Origin: Candidatus Acidiferrales bacterium
GTDB lineage: Bacteria; Acidobacteriota; Terriglobia; Acidiferrales; UBA7541
Assembly (NCBI GenBank): GCA_036833535.1
Contig: DAITPO010000002.1
Location: 36,687-100,686 of the forward strand
Direction: 5' to 3'
Length of the DNA: 64,000 bases
Shown piece after piece: positions 34,753 to 45,613 of the stretch. The position numbers and the translations under genes are program-made. Numbering within the stretch: the first letter of the stretch is position 1; every line of letters starts with the position of its first letter. The notes under the pieces were generated by a model. The model ran no database searches, was not told the DNA's origin, and saw nothing but the letters and a program-made list of their open reading frames with translations.

Positions 34753-37688
34753 TCGATTCGCGGAGCCGCGTGAATAGGATGCAGGCCGCTTTCACTTTCC
34801 GCGGGCCTGTGCCCCGCCATCGCCTCGGAATTTTCATCGCAATATTCGCTGCAGTGATTGGCGCGGGACTTGCGGCTGATCTATCCGGCCAGGATCGCGA
34901 TGACCGCGCGGCCGAGCAGAAACTCCCGACCAGCAAGCGGCTCGCCGCGGCGATCCCCGGCCGGCCCCGGCGAGTGAACAGCTTCCCCGCGAATCTGGTT
35001 CTCAGCCCGGATGGAAAATACGCCGTCGCGTTGAATGGCGGCTACGGCACGGCCGAATCCTGGTTCAAACAATCGCTCGCAGTGCTCGATCTGGCATCGA
35101 AGACGATCGCGGATTTTCCAGACGAGCGGCTCGATCTCGACGCCCATCAATCGTACTTTCTCGGGCTAGCGTTCAGCTCCGACGGACGTCATGTGTATGC
35201 ATCGGTCGGCTCGCTGACCGATCCTGCCGCCACGGAAAAAGCGAGCTTGGGCAACGGCATCATCGTTTACTCGTTTGATTCCGGAAAAATCGCGCCGGAG
35301 AAATTCTTCAAGCTACCACTTGAGACGGTGGCGGAACAAAAAGTCGCTGCGCCGCTGAATAAAAAACTGAAACCAAACGAGGTAATTCCCTACCCTGCGG
35401 GAATAGGCGTCGTGAAGAGGGCCGGCGGAGATCAACTTCTCGTCGCCGCGAATTTATCCGATGAGGCGATTTTGCTCGACGCCGCGTCCGGGAGGATTTT
35501 GCATCGCTTCGATCTCAGCACGGAGCGCGTGGTGCCAGGATCGTATCCGTACGGAGTGGCGGTCACACGCGATGGCAGCCGCGCTTACGTCAGCCTGTGG
35601 AATTCGTCTCGCGTTGCCGACATCGATCTCGTTCACAACACGCTCGCGCGAATGATTCCGCTGCACAGGCCGGTGTCGCATACGGCCTCGGGCTCGCATC
35701 CGACGGCGCTGCTGCTCAACGCCGATGATTCACGGCTCTATGTGGCGCTCGCAAATTCAGACGACGTGGCGGTGATCGACACGAAGTCCGGCGGCGTCAA
35801 GGCATATCTCTCCGCACGGCTGCCGGGGCAGAAGCTCCTCGGCGTCGAGCCCGTGGCGCTGGCACTGAACAGCGCGGGAACGCGGCTATACGTTGCCGAT
35901 TCGGGCGCAAATGCTATCGCAGTTCTCGATGCGTCCGAAAATCAAAGCGGCGCGGCGCGCTCGGGCCGAATTCCGGCAAAGCTGCCGCCGCGGGAACCGC
36001 TTGGATTTTTTCCAACTGAGTGGTATCCACAAGCGCTCGCGCTACACGGCGATGAACTCATCATCGCGTGCGGCAAGGGGCGCGGCACCGCGCCGACGAA
36101 CCACGTCCTGCATCCCGACGGGAGCGGCAACAACGGCAAGTACGATTACATTTTCGAACTGCTCCACGGCTCGCTTGCCACCGTGAATGTGAAGGAGATC
36201 GAGCGCAACCTGCCGGAGACGACGAAAACAGTGGCGGCTACGAATTTCGGAACCGGCGCTGATCAGCGGCTGCCCTTCCCTGAAGGGAAAAGCCTGATTC
36301 ATCATGTGATATACATCATCAAGGAAAATCGCACGTATGATCAGATCTTCGGAGATCTGAAAGGCGCGAACGGCGATCCATCGCTCACGATGTACGGCGA
36401 GGACATCACGCCGAATCAGCATCAGCTCGCGCGCGAGTTTGGCATCCTCGACAATTTCTACGACAGCGGCGAGGTTTCCGGCGACGGCCACAATTGGTCC
36501 ACGGCCGCGATTGCTAGCGATTATCTGGAGAAAGCGATTCAGCCCGGCTATCGCAATAATGAAGAACGCACTTACGATTACGAGGGCGAGAATGCGAATC
36601 TGATTCCTCTCGAGAACGACATGCCCGATGTGAACGAGACGGGAACCGGATACATCTGGACCGACGTCGCGCAGCACCGGCTGAGCTATCGCCATTACGG
36701 CGAATTTGTGACCACGAAGTGGTGTAATGAGCTCGAAAAGACAGCATCGCCAAGGCAAGGCATGCCTTCGCCGGCCGGACATTCCTGTCCCAAGGCGGCA
36801 ATCCAGAAAGGTGAGCCGCTGCCTGCGAATTTCGGCCAGCCGCATGGCTCGCCGAGCCCCTGGCCTTGGCCGGTGCCGCTTATTGCCAGAAATATTGCGA
36901 CCAAGCCGGAATTGCGGAATCATTTCGATCCGCGCTTCCCGGATTTCGAAACGCAATTTCCAGACCAGCTTCGCGTGGATGAGTTTCTGAATGAATTCGA
37001 GGGCTTCGTGCGCGCGCGCAAGGAGGGGACAGGCGCGACGCTGCCGAATTACGTGATGCTGCGCATTCCGAATGATCACACCTCCGGCACGCACCCGAAT
37101 TACGCAACGCCTGCGGCGGCAGTCGCCGATAACGATTTAGCCGTCGGCCGGATCGTCGAAGCGGTTTCGAACAGTCCGTACTGGCAGGACACGGCGATTT
37201 TGATTCTCGAAGATGACGCGCAGGACGGCCCCGATCACGTGGACGCGCATCGCAGCACGGCGCTGCTGATCAGCGCGTATTCGCCGGCTTCGACCGCGAA
37301 GCCTTTTGTCGAGAGCGGCTTCTACACCACCGTGAGCATGGTGCGCACACTCGAAGCGCTGCTGGGACTTCCGCCTATGAATCACAATGACGCCGAGGCG
37401 CCCGTGATTGCCTCTCTTTTCTCCGGCGACGGACATCATGCGTCATTTCGTGCCAACTATCGCAATCGCGATAATGGCCTGATTTATCAGATGAATTCAC
37501 CGAACGCGCCCGGCGCGAAGGAATCTGAAATGATGGATTTCAGCCATGCGGATCAGGCCGACGCTGCGAAATTGAACGAGATTCTCTGGCGCGATCGCAT
37601 GGGCGAGCGGCCCATGCCTCCGCCGCAGCACAACGTGTTTCCGGCAGACGCGGATGACGATGACAGGCCGGCTTCAAAGGACCGATAG
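34749..37688 (+). CDS. Secreted beta-propeller (YncE/YVTN-like) fused to phosphoesterase-family (phospholipase C/acid phosphatase-like) domain
   Basis: N-terminal half: repeated SPDG/SSDG/TRDGSRAYVS/GTRLYVADSGANAIAVLD. C-terminal half: HVIYIIKENRTYDQIFGDL, IPNDHTSG, LEDDAQDGPDHVDAHRS. The ATG overlaps the upstream TGA (ATGA). An alternative start is at 34779. Confidence 0.8.
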   Translation: MIDSRSRVNRMQAAFTFRGPVPRHRLGIFIAIFAAVIGAGLAADLSGQDRDDRAAEQKLPTSKRLAAAIPGRPRRVNSFPANLVLSPDGKYAVALNGGYGTAESWFKQSLAVLDLASKTIADFPDERLDLDAHQSYFLGLAFSSDGRHVYASVGSLTDPAATEKASLGNGIIVYSFDSGKIAPEKFFKLPLETVAEQKVAAPLNKKLKPNEVIPYPAGIGVVKRAGGDQLLVAANLSDEAILLDAASGRILHRFDLSTERVVPGSYPYGVAVTRDGSRAYVSLWNSSRVADIDLVHNTLARMIPLHRPVSHTASGSHPTALLLNADDSRLYVALANSDDVAVIDTKSGGVKAYLSARLPGQKLLGVEPVALALNSAGTRLYVADSGANAIAVLDASENQSGAARSGRIPAKLPPREPLGFFPTEWYPQALALHGDELIIACGKGRGTAPTNHVLHPDGSGNNGKYDYIFELLHGSLATVNVKEIERNLPETTKTVAATNFGTGADQRLPFPEGKSLIHHVIYIIKENRTYDQIFGDLKGANGDPSLTMYGEDITPNQHQLAREFGILDNFYDSGEVSGDGHNWSTAAIASDYLEKAIQPGYRNNEERTYDYEGENANLIPLENDMPDVNETGTGYIWTDVAQHRLSYRHYGEFVTTKWCNELEKTASPRQGMPSPAGHSCPKAAIQKGEPLPANFGQPHGSPSPWPWPVPLIARNIATKPELRNHFDPRFPDFETQFPDQLRVDEFLNEFEGFVRARKEGTGATLPNYVMLRIPNDHTSGTHPNYATPAAAVADNDLAVGRIVEAVSNSPYWQDTAILILEDDAQDGPDHVDAHRSTALLISAYSPASTAKPFVESGFYTTVSMVRTLEALLGLPPMNHNDAEAPVIASLFSGDGHHASFRANYRNRDNGLIYQMNSPNAPGAKESEMMDFSHADQADAAKLNEILWRDRMGERPMPPPQHNVFPADADDDDRPASKDR

Positions 37689-37724
37689 GCCCCTTCAGAT
37701 TTTCGATCCAACGCGAGGTGAAAA

Positions 37725-39044
37725 ATGATTCGACACGATGTGAAACGAATGACAGCGACGGCGTGCGCGCTGACTCTGATCCTGGCCGCAGCGGGCCTGG
37801 CGCAGAGTTCCGCATCGCCGGCGGCCAAGAAGAACGTCGCCATTCGCGCCGGCAAGCTGATTGACGGGAAGAGCGACAACGCAGTCGCCAACGCGCTTAT
37901 CTTGATCGAAGACGGCAAGATTACGAGCGTGACGCCAGGCGGCTCTCCACCGTCGGGAGTCGAGGTGATCGATCTCTCGAACGCCACCGTGCTGCCAGGC
38001 CTAATCGATGCGCATACGCACATTCTCTTGCAGGGCGACGTCACCGAAGAGGATTACGACGTGCAGCTTCTGAAGCAATCGATTCCCTATCGCGCGATTC
38101 TCGCTGCGCGCAATGCGAAGATTGCCCTAGACCACGGTTTCACGGCGCTGCGCGATCTGGAAACCGAGGGCGCAATGTACGCCGACGTGGACGTGAAGAC
38201 GGCGATCAACCGCGGCGAAGTGCCCGGGCCGCGAATGTTTGTCTCGACGCGCGCGATGGCGCCCACAGGAATGTATCCGCTGCTCGGCTTTTCGTGGGAA
38301 CTGGAATTGCCGCACGGTGTGCAGCCGGTTGACGGCGTGGAAGGCGCTCGGCTCGCCGTGCGCGAGCAGCTCTCGCATGGCGCGGACTGGATCAAATATT
38401 ACTCCGATCACGGCTATCACTATGAAGCCGATGGAGTGCTTCATAGCATCGTGAATTTCACGGACGAAGAAGCCCACGCGATTGTGGACGAGACCCATCG
38501 GCTGGGGCATCGCGTTGCCGCGCACGCCATCGGCTCAGACGGCATCGCCGCGGCATTACGCGCCGGAGTGGATTCGGTCGAGCATGGCGACGGCCTGACA
38601 GACGCAGAAATTGATGAAATCGCCCGCAAAGGAACTTACTGGGTGCCGACCGTGATGGTCGGTGCAGCCGTAGCTCCGGGACGCGGCGGCAACTGGATCA
38701 AGATGGTGAACACGGAGCGCGACGCATTCGGCCGCGCGCTGAAGAAAAATGTGAAGATCGTCTTCGGCACGGATGCCGGCGGCTTCGCCTGGACGGAGAT
38801 GAATGAAACGCAGGAATTTCATTACTACGTGGAATACGGCATGACTCCGATGCAGGCCATTCGCACGGCAACTTCGAGCGCCGCCGAGCTTTTGGGATGG
38901 AGCGACCGCATCGGCAGCATTGAGCCCGGGAAATATGCAGATCTGATCGCAGTGACGAGTGATCCGCTGAAGGATATCAAAGCGCTGGATAGCGTCAGCT
39001 TCGTAATGAAAGAAGGAGTCGTTTACAAAAACGAGATGAAATGA
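37725..39044 (+). CDS. Amidohydrolase-family metallohydrolase (secreted)
   Basis: VLPGLIDAHTHI, HAIGSDG and FGTDAG motifs. Signal peptide present. Confidence 0.85.
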   Translation: MIRHDVKRMTATACALTLILAAAGLAQSSASPAAKKNVAIRAGKLIDGKSDNAVANALILIEDGKITSVTPGGSPPSGVEVIDLSNATVLPGLIDAHTHILLQGDVTEEDYDVQLLKQSIPYRAILAARNAKIALDHGFTALRDLETEGAMYADVDVKTAINRGEVPGPRMFVSTRAMAPTGMYPLLGFSWELELPHGVQPVDGVEGARLAVREQLSHGADWIKYYSDHGYHYEADGVLHSIVNFTDEEAHAIVDETHRLGHRVAAHAIGSDGIAAALRAGVDSVEHGDGLTDAEIDEIARKGTYWVPTVMVGAAVAPGRGGNWIKMVNTERDAFGRALKKNVKIVFGTDAGGFAWTEMNETQEFHYYVEYGMTPMQAIRTATSSAAELLGWSDRIGSIEPGKYADLIAVTSDPLKDIKALDSVSFVMKEGVVYKNEMK

Positions 39045-39089
39045 AGCGAAGTCATTTGGAGTTGCAGCGCCTACGGCGCAGCTTCGGCG

Positions 39090-39122
39090 GTAGCGCCGGC
39101 GTCCCCGCCGGCATCCGACGAG
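39090..39122 (+). repeat. R1 REP element
   Basis: GTAGCGCCGGCGTCCCCGCCGGCATCCGACGAG, 45 nt after the amidohydrolase stop and in sense orientation. Confidence 0.8.
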
Positions 39123-39229
39123 CACCAACCTGCCACATGCAGAACTCACGCGCGGATCACTCAGCGCAACTAGCGAGGCTTTTTGACACGGCGCTCCGCG
39201 GACGCTTACAGCCTTTGCCGCACTTGTCC

Positions 39230-39262
39230 GTCGTAAGATGCCGGCGGGGACGCCGGCGCTAC
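39230..39262 (-). repeat. R1 REP element
   Basis: Minus strand GTAGCGCCGGCGTCCCCGCCGGCATCTTACGAC. It starts 2 nt after the enolase TAG. Confidence 0.8.
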
Positions 39263-39263
39263 T

Positions 39264-40643
<1,380 letters not shown>

Positions 40644-40660
40644 TCATCGAATCAGAAAAT

Positions 40661-40690
40661 GCAGATCCCTCACTTCGTTCGGGATGACAG
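40661..40690 (-). repeat. R2 element (GTCATCCCGAACGAAGTGAGGGATCTG type)
   Basis: The minus strand reads CTGTCATCCCGAACGAAGTGAGGGATCTGC. It lies between the glgC stop and the eno start. It is related to 45497-45523. Confidence 0.6.
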
Positions 40691-40713
40691 CGAAAACTAA
40701 AAAATCCTGCGTT

Positions 40714-41946
40714 CTACTCTGGCTCTTCGAGCATGGATTCCTGGCGCACGACGATCACCACGCCATCATCAGTGATCTGATACTTCTTGCGATCGGCTTC
40801 TACATCGTAACCGATCACGGTGCCTTCAGGCAGGCTCACGTGGCGATCGATGATGGCGCGCCGTATGCGCGAATGCCGGCCCACGGTTACGTGATTGAAG
40901 ATGATCGAATCTTCGACATCGCAGTAACTGTTCACGCGCACGTCGTAACCCAGCACCGAGCCCTTCACGCGGCCGCCCGAAACAATCGAGCCGCCCGCCA
41001 CGATCGAATCCAGCGCGATGCCCATGCGATCCGGATCGGCAAAAACAAATTTCGCCGGCGGATATTGCTGCTGCCAAGTATGCAGCGGCCAGCCTTTGTC
41101 ATAGAGGTTGAACACCGGCGACACGGCGACCAAATCCATATTGGCTTCGTAGTAGGCGTCAATCGTCCCCACATCGCGCCAGTACGAAGTCTCTTTCTTA
41201 TTTTCATCGCGGAAGTTGTAAGCAAACACGCGATGCTTTCCCAGAATCTTCGGGATGATATCTTTCCCGAAATCGTGGCTCGACTGCGTGTCCTCGGCAT
41301 CTGCTATCAATATAGGCACCAGAAGCTGCGTATTGAATATGTACACGCCCATCGAAGCGTTCACTTTGCCGGGATGAATCCGCGAAGGCTTCGGCTTGGC
41401 AGGCTTCTCTTCGAATCCGATGATCCGCCAATTCTGATCGGTTTCAATCACGCCGAAGCGCCGCGCCGCCTCCTCCACATCCACTTCGAGTGTCGCGCAA
41501 GTCACCTCGGCGCCGGAATCGCGATGCTGATCGAGCATTTTCCGGTAATTCATCTTGTAGATGTGGTCGCCCGAAAGAATGAAAACGTAGCTCGAAGCTT
41601 CGCTGCCGATCGAGTAGATATTCTGATAGACCGCGTCGGCCGTGCCCTGATACCAGTGCGTCGAGACGCGCATTTGCGGCGGCAGGACTTCCATGAAGTC
41701 GCCATGTCCCATCAGCGACGACCAACCGCGCCGCACGTGCCGGTTCAAGCTCAGCGCTTTGTACTGCGTTAGGACGAAAACGCGGCGCAGATCGCTGTTG
41801 AGGCAATTCGAGAGGGTGATGTCAATAATCCGGTACACCGCGCCGAATGGCACGGCAGGCTTCGCGCGGTCGCGCGTCAATGGCCAGAGCCTCTCGCCCT
41901 GCCCTCCCGCGAGCAATACTCCCAGCGCTTCGCGCATCGCCGACAT
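40714..41946 (-). CDS. glgC: Glucose-1-phosphate adenylyltransferase
   Basis: LAGGQGERLWPLTRDRAKPAVPFGAVYRIIDITLSNCLNS, a C-terminal left-handed beta-helix region, 410 aa. Confidence 0.93.
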   Translation of the reverse strand: MSAMREALGVLLAGGQGERLWPLTRDRAKPAVPFGAVYRIIDITLSNCLNSDLRRVFVLTQYKALSLNRHVRRGWSSLMGHGDFMEVLPPQMRVSTHWYQGTADAVYQNIYSIGSEASSYVFILSGDHIYKMNYRKMLDQHRDSGAEVTCATLEVDVEEAARRFGVIETDQNWRIIGFEEKPAKPKPSRIHPGKVNASMGVYIFNTQLLVPILIADAEDTQSSHDFGKDIIPKILGKHRVFAYNFRDENKKETSYWRDVGTIDAYYEANMDLVAVSPVFNLYDKGWPLHTWQQQYPPAKFVFADPDRMGIALDSIVAGGSIVSGGRVKGSVLGYDVRVNSYCDVEDSIIFNHVTVGRHSRIRRAIIDRHVSLPEGTVIGYDVEADRKKYQITDDGVVIVVRQESMLEEPE

Positions 41947-42009
41947 AAACCATCCGCCCCATGAAATTCCACCGCCGGGGACAATTATTCTAGTTCTGTT
42001 CGGGCAGGA

Positions 42010-42038
42010 TTGCGCAATTCTTTCTCGCTATTGCGCAA
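42010..42038. promoter_or_regulatory. Twin TTGCGCAA palindromes, 21-nt centre-to-centre
   Basis: gaTTGCGCAAtt (42010-42017) and taTTGCGCAAaa (42031-42038), in the divergent glgC / PilZ-Sel1 intergenic region. Confidence 0.35.
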
Positions 42039-42222
42039 AATGCTGCTAAGCTCTGCGCCCCTGCTGTCACTTGCGGCCTGCAAAAAGCTGCTAAACCTCG
42101 GCCAAATCATTGGTTGCCGGATTGCTTGCTGATTGAGTAGCATATTTGCGCCCACTCGAGCGCGCTATTTTTATTCTACCCCGCCAGCCGCGCGGCGAGC
42201 TTGCGGTGGTCAAGGATGAGCA

Positions 42223-44388
42223 GTGCCCTCTACGGGACCAGATCAACCGGCGTTCTCCGGGCCGGCCAAGCAGCAGGCAAATTACCCGCCTGAGCGGCGT
42301 CGCGCCCCGAGAGCGAAACCAACCGGACTCACCTACGTCAAATTCGAGCCCGATAACGGCGGCACTCTCGTGGACGTCTGCGAATCCGGCCTCCGCTTTC
42401 AAGTCGTCGCGCCGGTCGAAGAGCGTGGACGCATTCAACTCTGGTTCGTGCTCGATTCGGCAAACCATATCGAAGTTTCCGGCGAGCTGGCATGGATTGA
42501 CGACACCAAGCGCTGCGGCGGATTGAAATTCACGCAGCCGTCCAAACAGGCGCGCGCGCAATTGCGCACTTGGCTCTCCCGCCAGCGGCTCGTCGGCGTG
42601 TCCGTGGACACTCCCCCGGCAAAACTCGACGAGCCGCCGCCGGAATCCGTATCTCACCTTGAGCTCCAATCCCAGGACAGCTCGCCAGAGAACGATTTCG
42701 AGGGGCAGCTTCAAAATCTGCCGCACACCGATCCCGGCCCACTCGAGAGTCTTTTGGATAACATCCTTACATCTCTCCAGCGTCCCCATCCCGAAGAGCT
42801 GTTCGCGAGGTCTCCGGCCACTCTCGACAACCTTCAGCCGATCCCGCCCGCTCCGGAATTCCGTGCGAGCGCCCCAGCGAATCTGTCGCGAGACACTTTT
42901 CCGAAAAAGCCTTCGATGGGCGCCTCGATTCCTCCCATTCACCGCCGCGCCCCTCTTCCTTCGCCCCACACTGCGAAAATTCCGCCGCGGCCGGCACGCG
43001 ACGCTCGGCCGGATTCCCCGCCCGTTCCGCGATCGGAACCAGCTTCGGAAAATAAATTCGCGCAATTCGGGCTAACCGTGAACCGCGTCAGCGGAATGTT
43101 GTCGATGCTCCGTCATGCTATCGCCTCCGAGGATTCAGAATGGCCTTTGACTGTTCCTCCCGAGCTTCCTCCGGCCGCTGCCGTGTCCAATTCCTCGCCG
43201 GTGATCATCGAGCCGGCCCCTCAGCCGGCGGCGCAGGTTCCGGAGCTCGTTGCAGAGCAAATAGCTGAACCCGTCCCGCAAATTGAAATCGACGTTCGTC
43301 CGTGGTCCGCGGGAGCGCCATGGCGAGCGGCCGAATCGCCGGTGGTCCGTGAAAGTTGGCGCCCCAAGGTAGGCTCCCGAATGCGCGAGTACATACTCGC
43401 GATTCGGCAGAGCTTCGCCTCCGCGTTGTCAGAAATCGTAGGCGCTGCTAACACTGCCGTGACGTCGACCGCGCGATTTTCCCGCGATGCAGTCGCAGCG
43501 CTGGCGGCAACGGCTGCGCGCGCAACTCGCGCCACGCAAGCCGCTGCTTCGACATCCGTGGATCGCACCAGGCGCGCCGCGCGCCAGTTCCGGCAACTCG
43601 GGCTACTGCAGACTTTCCGCGGCAAGCTGGCGCGTAAAGCAACCGTCACAAAAAGACTTTCGCCGCAGCTTTCATCCAACTTCGTTCGCGTAGAACCGGC
43701 AGCCAAGCGCGCTTCGCGCCCCGCACGCAATTGGCGTCAGCTCGAGCTGCTGCAGTCGTTCCGCAGCAAGATCACGGACGCGGCAAGCGCCACCAAGCGC
43801 GCTTCCTCGACGGCTATCTCCACCGTCGTTCCCGTGGAGCCGACTTCGAGCGACATTCGCATCCTGCTGGGAATTACTGCCGTCCTGCTCATTGGGCTGC
43901 TGATGTTCAGCTACCGCGACAAATTCAATTCCCCCGCGAATTATTTCACCGCGAACGCGACCCCCGAATTCACCCAGCGCGAGACGCCGGCCGAGCCCAG
44001 CCCGCCGCCGAAGAAGACTCCGGCACGCATAGTGAAAGCTCGCGTCGCGGCGCCCGCGCCTGCGCGGACCGAGCCTGTACGCACGGAAACGCCAGTGTTC
44101 ACCAGGCCCTCCACGTCGGAATTCGCAAGGGCGCTCGCCTACCTGCGCGAAGACGGCAGTGGGCGTAATGCTTCCACCGCCGCGCAGTGGCTCTGGGCCG
44201 CGACTCGCAAGGGCGATACTGCCGCAAATATTGTGCTCGCCGATCTCTACATCCGCGGCGATGGCGTCCCGCAAAACTGCGCGCAAGGCCGAGTCCTGCT
44301 CCTGGCGGCGTCACAAAAAGGGAACGACGAAGCCACCCGCAAGCTGCAGGAATTTGACGCAGCCGGCTGCGTCAGCGCTGCGCAATAA
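42223..44388 (+). CDS. PilZ-domain / disordered linker / single TM / Sel1-repeat protein
   Basis: N-terminus RRRAPRAKPTGLTYVKF...LVDVCESGLRFQV (RxxxR ... DxCxxG, PilZ-like). Long P/A/S/R-rich region. TM IRILLGITAVLLIGLLMF. C-terminal Sel1-like AAQWLWAATRKGDTAANIVLADLYIRGDGVPQNCAQGRVLLLAASQKGNDEA. GTG start, uncertain. Confidence 0.7.
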   Translation: MPSTGPDQPAFSGPAKQQANYPPERRRAPRAKPTGLTYVKFEPDNGGTLVDVCESGLRFQVVAPVEERGRIQLWFVLDSANHIEVSGELAWIDDTKRCGGLKFTQPSKQARAQLRTWLSRQRLVGVSVDTPPAKLDEPPPESVSHLELQSQDSSPENDFEGQLQNLPHTDPGPLESLLDNILTSLQRPHPEELFARSPATLDNLQPIPPAPEFRASAPANLSRDTFPKKPSMGASIPPIHRRAPLPSPHTAKIPPRPARDARPDSPPVPRSEPASENKFAQFGLTVNRVSGMLSMLRHAIASEDSEWPLTVPPELPPAAAVSNSSPVIIEPAPQPAAQVPELVAEQIAEPVPQIEIDVRPWSAGAPWRAAESPVVRESWRPKVGSRMREYILAIRQSFASALSEIVGAANTAVTSTARFSRDAVAALAATAARATRATQAAASTSVDRTRRAARQFRQLGLLQTFRGKLARKATVTKRLSPQLSSNFVRVEPAAKRASRPARNWRQLELLQSFRSKITDAASATKRASSTAISTVVPVEPTSSDIRILLGITAVLLIGLLMFSYRDKFNSPANYFTANATPEFTQRETPAEPSPPPKKTPARIVKARVAAPAPARTEPVRTETPVFTRPSTSEFARALAYLREDGSGRNASTAAQWLWAATRKGDTAANIVLADLYIRGDGVPQNCAQGRVLLLAASQKGNDEATRKLQEFDAAGCVSAAQ

Positions 44389-44545
44389 TGTTGTGCGAAT
44401 GATCGAACCGCTCGGACCGTACTCATGGCTCCCCAAGCCAAGAGTACTAAACTGGTAATCACGCAGCCCAACGATCCTCGAAGAGCGAGTATCTCCTCAA
44501 TTATCACTTGACTTCGAGTTCTGGCAAGGATAGAACCAGCACGCA

Positions 44546-44575
44546 TTGCCGGTTTTGGGGAAAGCCGGTTATAAT
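44546..44575 (+). promoter_or_regulatory. Candidate sigma-70-type promoter for rpsU
   Basis: TTGCCG - 18 nt - TATAAT, ending 55 nt upstream of the rpsU GTG. Sequence match only. Confidence 0.3.
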
Positions 44576-44629
44576 TAGTGCCTTACCAGAACATTTAATT
44601 TACTCGATCCGGGATGGGGGTGAATACGC

Positions 44630-44827
44630 GTGGCTGAAGTTGTCATTCAGGAGGGTGAGTCTCTCGAGAACGCTCTCCGTCGCTTCAAGAGGAAAGTGCA
44701 ATCCGAAGACATCATCAAGGAAATCAAGAAGCACTCTTACTTCATGAAGCCCGGTGAGCGGCGTCGTGCCAAAGCCGCCCTCTCGCGTAAACGCCTCCGC
44801 AAAAAGCAGCGGCGTGAGCAGGATTAG
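44630..44827 (+). CDS. rpsU: 30S ribosomal protein S21
   Basis: (M)AEVVIQEGESLENALRRFKRKVQSEDIIKEIKKHSYFMKPGERRRAKAALSRKRLRKK. GTG start. Confidence 0.93.
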   Translation: MAEVVIQEGESLENALRRFKRKVQSEDIIKEIKKHSYFMKPGERRRAKAALSRKRLRKKQRREQD

Positions 44828-44967
44828 GCGATCCAACCCATTGGGTTTCCTCAGGCAATATCGTGCCAGCCGGCCAACGGGATCCGTTTCCTTCCCCAGG
44901 TCCCAGTTTCGTCTGACATGGCCTGTCGCGCCGCCTGACCTGTCCTAGCCAGGCCACGGAGCGGCCC

Positions 44968-45294
44968 ATGGAATTTCATGACAAAGTCCTGAAGTGCGCG
45001 GACTGCGGGGCGGAGTTTGTCTTCACCGCCGGCGAACAGATGTTTTTCGCCGACAAGGGCTTCAAGAACGAGCCCAAGCGGTGCAAGGCTTGCAAAGCTA
45101 CCCGCGCGCAGGGCGGGTCTTCGGCTTCGAACGGCGTTCAACGCGTCGAAACCAAGACTGTCTGCTCGCAGTGCGGGAAGGAAACCACGGTTCCGTTTAA
45201 GCCCACACAGGGGCGCCCCGTCTACTGCCGCGAATGTTTTCAGCAGCGGCGGACGATGGGCGCTGGTGGCAGCGCCACCGGCGCGTCCGCGTAA
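44968..45294 (+). CDS. CxxC-x17-CxxC zinc-ribbon domain protein
   Basis: CADCGAEFVFTAGEQMFFADKGFKNEPKRCKACK and CSQCGKETTVPFKPTQGRPVYCRECF. Confidence 0.75.
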   Translation: MEFHDKVLKCADCGAEFVFTAGEQMFFADKGFKNEPKRCKACKATRAQGGSSASNGVQRVETKTVCSQCGKETTVPFKPTQGRPVYCRECFQQRRTMGAGGSATGASA

Positions 45295-45496
45295 TCGCGG
45301 TAGCGTCGCAAACGCAGCAGCTGGGGCAACGGGTCACTACTTCCTCGCGTATCGCGGTGTTGATTGACCGCGAGCTATGATTGCGCCGTCTCGCCGTTCA
45401 CGCGGCGTCTCGTCCGGTCCTCGCCAAGCCGCGCCTCAAAGATGCCCAGCACTGTCTGTGCGCTCCATTCACTGCCTGCGAATAAGTAAAATCGTT

Positions 45497-45523
45497 GTCA
45501 TCCTGAGCGAAGCGAAGGATCTC
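45497..45523 (+). repeat. R2 element (GTCATCCTGAGCGAAGCGAAGGATCTC type)
   Basis: It translates as VILSEAKDL inside the spurious N-terminal extension of ORF 45377..46171. It is inverted relative to 40661-40690. Confidence 0.6.
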
Positions 45524-45613
45524 AGCCACCCAAGATCGAATCATCAGGATTCTGCGTCGCGCACCCGCCCCAAGCATCAAATCACGAGCGGCAGAAAAAC
45601 ATCGGAGGCACCC

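Noticed and set aside
45377-45613. N-terminal extension of the DinB-family ORF
   Set aside because: It translates an intergenic repeat (VILSEAKDL). A GGAGG-ATG start at 45614 gives a normal-length DinB-like protein.
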